From NCBI GenBank assembly GCA_964655775.1, contig CAZZNQ010000005.1, positions 11,157 to 43,156 on the forward strand: a stretch of DNA of 32,000 bases. The letters run 5' to 3'. The notes below the pieces were generated by a model, which made no database searches, was not told the origin of the DNA, and saw only the letters and a list, made by a program, of their open reading frames with translations. Source of the DNA: an uncultured candidatus Brocadiaceae bacterium (GTDB lineage: Bacteria; Planctomycetota; Brocadiia; SM23-32). The position numbers and the translations under genes were made by a program. Below are positions 1 through 7,162 of this stretch, piece by piece. How positions within the stretch are numbered: position 1 is the first letter of the stretch; the number at the start of each line of letters is the position of its first letter.

Positions 1-1
1 G

Positions 2-715
2 GCGGAAGCGGCATGCGACGCGGCGATTGCGTCCCGCGAAGCCGCGCAGACGGCCGTGGAGAAAGCCAAGCTGGACCTGGAGCGCACGGTCATCCGGGCG
101 CCGTTCAACGCACAGATCCGGTCCCGTGCAGTGGATCTGGGCGCGCAGATTTCAGCGGGGATGCAGTTGGCGGAGATAGTCGACACGGACTGGTTTTGGG
201 TCGAGGCGGCAGTGCCGGTCTCGGCGCTCCGATGGCTCGACGTTCCGGGTCTAAGCGCGAAGCAGGGCTCCACCGCATGGGTGTTCTACGAGGCAGCCTG
301 GGGACCGGAAGACCATCGAGAGGCGGAAGTGCTGCGGCTGGCTTCAGAGCTGGAACCGGGTGGGCGGCTGGCGCGCCTCATCGTCTCCGTGCCTGACCCG
401 CTGGGCCTCGGGCCCGAGAAGACCGGGCAACCGGCGCTGATCCTGGGAGCATACGTTCGGGTAGAGCTGCATGGGAAGACGGTCCCGGACGTGGCTGCGA
501 TCCCGCGAGGCGCCCTCCGGGACGGCAATCGCGTGTGGTTGATGCTACCGGACGGCTCGCTGGAGATCCGCAACGTAGAGCCGGTGTGGGGTGACGAGGA
601 TCGGGTCTACATCGGCGACGACCTGCGGGAGGGCGAGATGCTGGTCACCAGCGACCTGGCGGCCCCGGTTGCCGGCATGGCGTTGCGCATCAGGACCGAG
701 GGAGGCGCGCAATGA
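2..715 (+). CDS. RND efflux periplasmic adaptor (membrane-fusion protein, HlyD/AcrA family), 5'-truncated by window edge
   Basis: Frame 2 is open from nt 2 (AEAACDAAIASREAAQTAVEKAKLDLERTVIRAPFNAQI...: coiled-coil hairpin followed by beta-barrel-type sequence). The track ORF 56..715 simply starts at an internal GTG. The stop overlaps the ATG of the downstream RND pump (ATGA at 712-715). Confidence 0.85.
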   Translation, partial: AEAACDAAIASREAAQTAVEKAKLDLERTVIRAPFNAQIRSRAVDLGAQISAGMQLAEIVDTDWFWVEAAVPVSALRWLDVPGLSAKQGSTAWVFYEAAWGPEDHREAEVLRLASELEPGGRLARLIVSVPDPLGLGPEKTGQPALILGAYVRVELHGKTVPDVAAIPRGALRDGNRVWLMLPDGSLEIRNVEPVWGDEDRVYIGDDLREGEMLVTSDLAAPVAGMALRIRTEGGAQ

Positions 716-3700
716 CCGACAGACCGGACAACAACACGCACGGCCCCATCGCCTGGATGGCGGGGCATTCGGTGGCCGCCAACCTTATCATGGTAGCCTG
801 TCTGCTCGGGGGCTTTCTCTCGCTGCGCAATATCAAGCAGGAGGTCTTTCCCAACATCGAGATCGACGCGGTGTCGATCAGGGTTCCCTACCCCGGGGCC
901 AGCCCGGAGGAGGTCGAAAGCGGCATCGTGCTGGCCATAGAGGAAGCCGTGCGGGGGCTGGACGGTGTGGACGAGGTGACCTCCGTGGCCGGCGAGGGCT
1001 CTGGTAGTGTTACGGTTGAAGTGCTGCTCGGGGAGGACGTGCAACAGGTCGCCCAGGATGTGCAGAGCGAGGTGGACCGGATAACGACGTTTCCCGAGGA
1101 TGCCGAGGAGCCGCGCGTGGCCGTCGTCTCCCACAAGCGCGAGGTCCTGGAGGTCGTTCTCTACGGCGACGCGCCGGAGATGGTGTTGCACGAACTCGCC
1201 GAGCGGGTGCGAGACCAACTGCTGCAGGATCCGGACATAACACAGGTGGAGGTTAGCGGGCTGCCGCCCCTCGAGATCGGCATTGAGGTGCCCGAGGAGA
1301 ACCTCCGCCGCTACGGGCTGACCATCGACACCATCGCGTCGCGCCTGCGCAGTGCTTCGGTGGACCTGCCGGCCGGGGGCGTGGACACCGAAAGCGGCGA
1401 GGTCCTGGTCAGGGTGAAGGAACGCCGCGACTACGGACGCGAGTTCGCGCGGGTGCCCATCATCACTACTTCCGACGGAAGCCAGGTGCTGCTGGCCGAC
1501 ATCGCCACCATCAACGACAGTTTTCAGGACACGGACCGCTACTCCACCTACAACGGACAGCCTGCCGTCAATTTGGAGGTCTACCGCGTGGGAGATCAGA
1601 CGCCTATACAGGTATCCGATGCGGTTCGCGCACGGCTGGAGGAGATCAAAGCCGAGCTGCCCCCGGGTATCTCCACGAGCATCGAACACGACCGCTCCGA
1701 CATCTACCGGCAGCGCGTGGAGCTTCTCCTGAAGAACGCCAGCATCGGCCTGGTCCTGGTGTTGATCTTGCTCGGCGTATTCCTGGAAGCACGACTTGCC
1801 TTCTGGGTGATGCTGGGGATCCCGATATCCTTCCTCGGCTCATTCCTGCTGCTGCCGGCCACGGGCGTAACCATCAACATGATCTCGCTCTTCGCGTATA
1901 TCATCGCTTTGGGCATCGTAGTGGACGACGCGATTGTAGTGGGAGAGAACATCTACCACTATCAGCAGGCGGGCCTGCCGTTCGCAAGGGCCGCGGTGCG
2001 TGGCGCGCGCGAGGTGGCCATGCCCGTAACGTTCAGCATCCTCACCAACTGTGCCGCGTTCCTGCCGCTGTACTTCATACCGGGCGTGATGGGCAAGATA
2101 TTCAAGATGATCCCCATCGTCGTCTGCGTCGTCTTCATTATCTCGCTGGTGGAGAGTCTCTTTGTGCTGCCGGCGCACCTCGCACATCAGAGGACCGGCG
2201 GGCGGCGCGGGTTCTCCGCCTGGCTGCACGCCAAGCAACGGGCCTTCAGCGACGCCTTCATGCACTGGGTAAGGGACGGATACGGTCCGTGGCTGGACTT
2301 CGTGTTGCGGCATCGATATGTGACGATAGCGGCGGCACTGAGCGTCCTCGCCGTGCTGGCGTCTTACGCACTCAGCGGGCGGATGGGATTCGAGCTGTTC
2401 CCCAAGGTAGAGTCCGACTTTTCCGACGCCCAGGCCGTGCTTCCTTACGGTTCGCCGGTCGAGAAGACGGAGGCCGTCTGTCGGAAACTGCTTGCCGGCG
2501 CGCAGACCGTGATCGACGAGATAGGCCGGGACGAACTCGTCGAGTCCGTGACCTCGGACGTTGGCATCGGCGGCGGCCACAACTGCCGTGTTCGCGTGAT
2601 GCTGGCGGACGCGGAGGTGCGCGACCAGATCATCAGCACCGAGGAGTTCACGAACCGGTGGCGCCAGGCCGTGGGCGAGGTGCCGGGCGTCGAGTACATG
2701 CGCTTTGCCGCCGACGTGGGCGGCCCCGGCGGTCGAGGTCGACCGGTGACGGTCGAGCTCAGCCACCGTGACATCGAAGTCCTGGAGCGGGCCAGCGCCC
2801 GCCTGGCGAACTCCCTGAGCACCTATCCTATCGTCAAAGACGTGGACGACGGCTTTCAGCCGGGCAAGCAGCAGTTGGACTTCGCGATTAAGCCCGAGGG
2901 CCGAAGCCTTGGCCTCAGCGCAAACGACGTGGCTCGTCAGCTTCGCAGCGCCTTCTACGGCTCCGAAGTGCTTCGGCAGCAGCGAGGCCGCGAGGAGATC
3001 AAAGTCATGGTGCGCCTGCCCGAGCACGACCGCGCCCGCGAGTACACGCTTGAAAGCATGATGATCCGGACGCCGGCGGGTACCTTCGTTCCCCTTCCGG
3101 AGGTGGCAACGGTGAAGCGTGGTCGAGCGCACACCACCATCGACAGGCGCAAGGGCCGGCGGGTGATATCTGTCTCCGCCGACGTATCGCCCCAGAGCAA
3201 GGCGGGCGAGGTGCTTGGCGACCTTCGGACAACCGTGATGCCGACCCTGACGGGCCAGTACCCCGGCCTGACATACAGCTTCGAGGGACACCAGGCCGAC
3301 ATCCGCGAGAGCATGGGCAGCCTGCGCGTGACGTTCGCCCTCGCCCTGCTCGCCATCTACGCCATGCTGGCCATACCGTTCCGGAGCTACATCCAGCCGC
3401 TCATCGTCATGATGAGCATACCCTTCGGCGTGGTCGGCGCACTCCTCGGGCACCTCATTATGGGCTACGACCTGTCGATCATGAGTATGTTCGGCATCGT
3501 CGCCCTGTCCGGCGTCGTCGTGAACGATTCTCTGGTTATGATCGACTTTGCCAACCGGCGCCGCCGTGAGGACGACGCCGACCCGCACGATGCGATACAC
3601 TCCGCCGGCATCCAGCGGTTCCGGCCCATCATGCTCACCACGCTCACGACCTTCGGCGGGCTGGCACCCATGATCTTCGAGACTTCGCGACAGGCACGCT

Positions 3701-3900
3701 TCCTCATCCCGATGGCCCTGTCGCTGGGATTCGGGATCGTGTTCGCCACGTGCATCACGCTGATGATCGTGCCGTCGCTGTACCTGATGGTGGAAGACGT
3801 GCGTGCGCTCGCCCGAGCGACGCGCAGGCTGCCGGAGGCCGTTTTCTCCGACGAACCCACGCCCACGGGCGAGGTCCGGGAGGAGCCTTCCACTACGTAG
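712..3900 (+). CDS. RND efflux transporter permease (AcrB/CzcA superfamily inner-membrane pump)
   Basis: 1062 aa with an N-terminal TM segment, two large periplasmic loops and two TM bundles. Contains typical RND strings (GIVVDDAIVVGENI, LSGVVVNDSLVMIDF, FRPIMLTTLTTFGGLAPM). Translationally coupled to the adaptor. No outer-membrane factor follows; the next gene is convergent. Confidence 0.95.
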   Translation: MTDRPDNNTHGPIAWMAGHSVAANLIMVACLLGGFLSLRNIKQEVFPNIEIDAVSIRVPYPGASPEEVESGIVLAIEEAVRGLDGVDEVTSVAGEGSGSVTVEVLLGEDVQQVAQDVQSEVDRITTFPEDAEEPRVAVVSHKREVLEVVLYGDAPEMVLHELAERVRDQLLQDPDITQVEVSGLPPLEIGIEVPEENLRRYGLTIDTIASRLRSASVDLPAGGVDTESGEVLVRVKERRDYGREFARVPIITTSDGSQVLLADIATINDSFQDTDRYSTYNGQPAVNLEVYRVGDQTPIQVSDAVRARLEEIKAELPPGISTSIEHDRSDIYRQRVELLLKNASIGLVLVLILLGVFLEARLAFWVMLGIPISFLGSFLLLPATGVTINMISLFAYIIALGIVVDDAIVVGENIYHYQQAGLPFARAAVRGAREVAMPVTFSILTNCAAFLPLYFIPGVMGKIFKMIPIVVCVVFIISLVESLFVLPAHLAHQRTGGRRGFSAWLHAKQRAFSDAFMHWVRDGYGPWLDFVLRHRYVTIAAALSVLAVLASYALSGRMGFELFPKVESDFSDAQAVLPYGSPVEKTEAVCRKLLAGAQTVIDEIGRDELVESVTSDVGIGGGHNCRVRVMLADAEVRDQIISTEEFTNRWRQAVGEVPGVEYMRFAADVGGPGGRGRPVTVELSHRDIEVLERASARLANSLSTYPIVKDVDDGFQPGKQQLDFAIKPEGRSLGLSANDVARQLRSAFYGSEVLRQQRGREEIKVMVRLPEHDRAREYTLESMMIRTPAGTFVPLPEVATVKRGRAHTTIDRRKGRRVISVSADVSPQSKAGEVLGDLRTTVMPTLTGQYPGLTYSFEGHQADIRESMGSLRVTFALALLAIYAMLAIPFRSYIQPLIVMMSIPFGVVGALLGHLIMGYDLSIMSMFGIVALSGVVVNDSLVMIDFANRRRREDDADPHDAIHSAGIQRFRPIMLTTLTTFGGLAPMIFETSRQARFLIPMALSLGFGIVFATCITLMIVPSLYLMVEDVRALARATRRLPEAVFSDEPTPTGEVREEPSTT

Positions 3901-3916
3901 GCCGTGGGCTCTGGTG

Positions 3917-5302
3917 TCAGGTGTAGAAAAACTGTGCGCTTGCCCGTGTGTCGGAACCGGCCGTGACGCGCACCCAGTGTGCACTGAAGCCGTCCGGGAA
4001 CTCATGGTGGAGATATCCGTCCGACTGCACCTCCAGCCTGGCATACGTCTTCCAGGCGCCCGTGCCCAGGAAGTCCACTTCGACCCGGAACTCGACCGCC
4101 TCGTCCCGATCGTGAGAGATGTGCAGGACCTTCTTGTCGAATCCCGTCATGAGGAACGGATCCGACGGCGCGCCAGCCTCGACCTCGTCTTCCCACCAGG
4201 GCCCACCCCACCCCCGCGGTTTGCCGAAGGCCCACAGGTCGTCCGTCTTGCCAAACCACAGCCCCGACTGTGGCTCGCCGCAGAGGGCATTGTGCCTCCC
4301 GTGGGGGCTGGCGTTGTCCGCCCCCACCACCAGGTAGCCCCGCCATGTGCAGAAGTCGCCCAGTACCCACAGGTGCGTACTGATTGGACGGATGCCCCAG
4401 ACGGCTCCGCTGTAGGCCCAGGGGCTCAGCTCGTAGAACATGCCGTGGCAGTCCATCAGCAGGCGCTCGTGCTCCGTCTGGCGGATGCGGGGCCATTCGG
4501 TGCTCCAGCCGTGGTCGAAGGTATGGCTGGCTTTGGGGAGGCGGTAGGTGCGCCAGCAATCGCGGCGAGCGTCGAACATCCTGAGGATGGCCGATGCACG
4601 GTCCCAGCCCGTCGCGAACATCGTATGGCTCAGGCCGTCCAGACCGGTCACCTCGTAGAACGGCTTGCGTTCCAGCACCTGCCACTCGGTTCCGTCCCAT
4701 TCGGCCAGTCGTCCTGCGCAGTCCTCGCCCTCGAAGTCGCGGTGCTCGTAGGTGTTGGAGGCAACCACGACCCGCCCGAATGCGCTGTACCCGGCCTTGA
4801 AATGCGGCCAGTGGTCGGCGGGCACGTCCAGCTCGTCCAGCAGATTGCACAGTTGCCGGGCCTTCAGCGTATGGACATCCATCTCGAAGAACTCGCCCTC
4901 CATACCCAGCATGTAGACCTTGTCCTCGGGATCGGTCAAGTGCCGCATCGTCGAGCAGATGCGCACGTCAACCAGGTCCTCGATAGTCCGCACGTTGCGG
5001 GCAGCGTCGATGGCGTAAGGGCCGATGATGAGCTGGTTCGACTCGAAGTGGACCATGCGGTTCGTGTAGGTCCCCACCAGGCTCTCGGGCCGCTTCGTCA
5101 TGCGGAAGTCCGGCTCGATCTCGTAGAGCCCTGTGCCCACGCCGCTGACGGACTTATGTGAGACGTAGGTGACGGCCCAGAGCCGGTCCGCCCAGGGGAA
5201 CAGAGCGCCCGGTGCGCACTCGGTGCGGGGCGGCCCCAGATCGGCGCCCAGGCAGAGATGCGGTGCGATGCCGCTGACGAACATCGGTCGGTCTACCTCC
5301 AT
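3917..5302 (-). CDS. Conserved hypothetical protein, Trp-rich, no signal peptide (function unknown)
   Basis: 461-aa ORF with balanced composition. GGAGG lies 8 nt upstream of the ATG at 5302 (minus-strand CGATCGGAGGTTAGTGCCATG). The overlapping + ORF 3803..5161 is Arg/Pro/Ala/Val-rich shadow sequence. I recognised no named domain. Confidence 0.8.
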   Translation of the reverse strand: MEVDRPMFVSGIAPHLCLGADLGPPRTECAPGALFPWADRLWAVTYVSHKSVSGVGTGLYEIEPDFRMTKRPESLVGTYTNRMVHFESNQLIIGPYAIDAARNVRTIEDLVDVRICSTMRHLTDPEDKVYMLGMEGEFFEMDVHTLKARQLCNLLDELDVPADHWPHFKAGYSAFGRVVVASNTYEHRDFEGEDCAGRLAEWDGTEWQVLERKPFYEVTGLDGLSHTMFATGWDRASAILRMFDARRDCWRTYRLPKASHTFDHGWSTEWPRIRQTEHERLLMDCHGMFYELSPWAYSGAVWGIRPISTHLWVLGDFCTWRGYLVVGADNASPHGRHNALCGEPQSGLWFGKTDDLWAFGKPRGWGGPWWEDEVEAGAPSDPFLMTGFDKKVLHISHDRDEAVEFRVEVDFLGTGAWKTYARLEVQSDGYLHHEFPDGFSAHWVRVTAGSDTRASAQFFYT

Positions 5303-5357
5303 GGCACTAACCTCCGATCGCTGCGCGTGAGAGCTGCCTTAGAATGCCTCCGCGTGC

Positions 5358-5387
5358 ATGATCGCACCGTGTGGGGGGAGTCGTCAA
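5358..5387 (-). promoter_or_regulatory. Candidate sigma70-type promoter for the 3917..5302 gene (TTGACG-18 nt-GATCAT)
   Basis: Minus-strand TTGACG (5387..5382), an 18-nt spacer, then GATCAT (5363..5358), about 55 nt upstream of the ATG. Hexamer match only. Confidence 0.25.
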
Positions 5388-5424
5388 GGAACGCACCGTT
5401 GCCGCTTTTCCATCGGGATTCGCC

Positions 5425-5453
5425 TTGTGCACGGTGGCCGCGCGCGATATAGT
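5425..5453 (+). promoter_or_regulatory. Candidate sigma70-type promoter (TTGTGC-17 nt-TATAGT)
   Basis: TTGTGC at 5425-5430, a 17-nt spacer, then TATAGT at 5448-5453. It lies upstream of the small two-TM ORF. Hexamer match only. Confidence 0.3.
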
Positions 5454-5528
5454 GCGTGAGTGGCCAAGACCCGATTCGGGAACCGGTGTCCGGCCCGTCT
5501 AGCTCGGTCCAGATCGGAGAACTTCAGG

Positions 5529-5711
5529 ATGCGACTGCAGACGGTAGCGAGAATTGTCATTGGCTCCCTGATCGTGGTTGCGATAGTCGTATCTCTGTTC
5601 CACGCCGTGGCTTCCCCAGAGTTGAATCAGATATACGTGAGCGCCCGTGCGGTGATCATGGCCGTGATCGCGATGTGCCTTGCGGTCATCTTCGTGCGCC
5701 TCCCCCAATAG
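5529..5711 (+). CDS. Possible small (60 aa) two-TM hairpin membrane protein
   Basis: ATG at 5529 is preceded by GGAG (5515-5518). The product is MRLQTVARIVIGSLIVVAIVVSLFHAVASPELNQIYVSARAVIMAVIAMCLAVIFVRLPQ, two hydrophobic helices with a short polar loop. The 5460 GTG in the track would add an Arg-rich extension. More A/T-ending codons than neighbouring genes, so coding status is uncertain. Confidence 0.4.
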   Translation: MRLQTVARIVIGSLIVVAIVVSLFHAVASPELNQIYVSARAVIMAVIAMCLAVIFVRLPQ

Positions 5712-5752
5712 ACGGGTGCGGACGACCCCCTGCTGCCCGCGTGCGTTCCCTG

Positions 5753-7162
5753 TCACTCCGCCTGAGCCATCTCGTCAAGATAGGGCCGAATCTCCTCCCT
5801 GACCGCCTCCAACCTCGCGTCCACGTTCTCCCTGTCGGCCGGCTCCGGCAGATCGGATGCTGTGCGGTGAACCATACGGGCATGGCGCCAGACCGCGGCC
5901 CGCTGCTCGTCGGTGCGCACCTGGCCCGCAAGACGTTGCAGACCCTCCAGCAGACGGATTACGACCGCGGCGTTCCCCCGCGCATGCTGGCGGATCTGGT
6001 TGAAGGCCGCATTGCATACCCCGGCGAAATCCGTCTGATCCAGCACGAGCCGAAGGTTGCCATCGTCGTCGTAGTACACCGCAGGCGGCATGCGGCGTCT
6101 GGCGATCTCGCACAGGGCCGCGCTGAGTCGGTCGATGCAGGTCATGGCGGTGAACGGATCGTTAATGCCCGGCGAGAGCGCCCGTGTCGCGATCTCCACC
6201 AACTGCAGCATGACGAACTCCGGATCCTGGGTGGCCGTCCGTTCGCTGCCCAGGATGATCGATTCGCGGATCTCCTGCTTGGGCAGCGCGGCCCGCAGGT
6301 CGTGCCGCGTTGCCCCGCGGCTGTATGCTAACGCCTCACGCACGGCACTGACCGCCCGGTCCAGTTCCTCCCCCATCTCTTCCGGGCCGCAAACCTCCAC
6401 CAGCCGCTCTCCGCCCGCGACGAAATGCCCGGGCCGGTGCACGACATGCAGGATCACACCGAACTTAGCGGCAATGGCCAGCAGGCCGCGCGCATCCACC
6501 GCCTGGAGATAGCCGTCCCAGTCGGCGGTAACCGTGCCGCGCGCAGCCGGGAGGGACTCCGGAGCCTGCTCGGCCATCCTCCCCTCCTCGATGGACTCCG
6601 GGAAGAGGCGCTCGATCAGGTTTCCCAGCTCCTTCGAGACGGACGTCACCACATTCGGTGCCTGTATCGACCGCGCCGCGTGGTGGATGAAGTAGATCAG
6701 GAGCACGAAACTCACGCACGCCAACAGGAATCCGCCGAGCACGGTGATGTGCGGCAGCTTCTCCGGTCGTACGGCACCAACAATGCGCAACGTCACCAGG
6801 CAGTATAGGAATGTGGAGATGAACACGCCGAGGACGGCCTGGTTGGCGCGGTCGCGCATGAAGCTGCGCAAAAGCCGAGGCCCAAGCTGCGAGGCCGCCA
6901 GGGTCAGCGCCACCACCGTGATGGAGAACACGATGCTGAGCGCCGTCATAAGCGAGCCAATCAGCGCGATCAGCAGGCTGCGCACACCCTCGGCGTCACC
7001 GGCCCTCAGCCATCCCAGCGCATCGGACGGCGGAATATCGAGCCGGGCGTCCACAGCCGCCAGAACCAGGCACGCGGCCACCGAGATGAAAGACATTAGC
7101 AGCGGCAGGAACAGGAAACTGGTCCGCAGCAGGTCCCATTTGTTCTCCACCCATGTCTTCAC
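5753..7162 (-). CDS. DUF2254-family integral membrane protein (four N-terminal TM helices plus a soluble C-terminal domain)
   Basis: 469 aa. The GTG start at 7162 has GAGGAGG 7 nt upstream. Four TM segments are present, with the string QLGPRLLRSFMRDRANQAVLGVFISTFLY, which I recall as characteristic of DUF2254 (from memory, not searched). The start overlaps the ATPase stop (GTGA, 7159-7162). Confidence 0.8.
   Translation of the reverse strand: MKTWVENKWDLLRTSFLFLPLLMSFISVAACLVLAAVDARLDIPPSDALGWLRAGDAEGVRSLLIALIGSLMTALSIVFSITVVALTLAASQLGPRLLRSFMRDRANQAVLGVFISTFLYCLVTLRIVGAVRPEKLPHITVLGGFLLACVSFVLLIYFIHHAARSIQAPNVVTSVSKELGNLIERLFPESIEEGRMAEQAPESLPAARGTVTADWDGYLQAVDARGLLAIAAKFGVILHVVHRPGHFVAGGERLVEVCGPEEMGEELDRAVSAVREALAYSRGATRHDLRAALPKQEIRESIILGSERTATQDPEFVMLQLVEIATRALSPGINDPFTAMTCIDRLSAALCEIARRRMPPAVYYDDDGNLRLVLDQTDFAGVCNAAFNQIRQHARGNAAVVIRLLEGLQRLAGQVRTDEQRAAVWRHARMVHRTASDLPEPADRENVDARLEAVREEIRPYLDEMAQAE

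Noticed and set aside
1840-4044. 734-aa minus-strand ORF, together with 607..1689 (360 aa), antisense to the RND pump
   Set aside because: Low-complexity Arg/His/Gly/Asp-rich translations. The + frame is an unmistakable RND permease.
3803-5161. 452-aa plus-strand ORF overlapping the 3917..5302 gene
   Set aside because: Val/Arg/Pro/Ala-rich shadow sequence that begins inside the RND 3' end. The minus frame has a GGAGG SD and protein-like composition.
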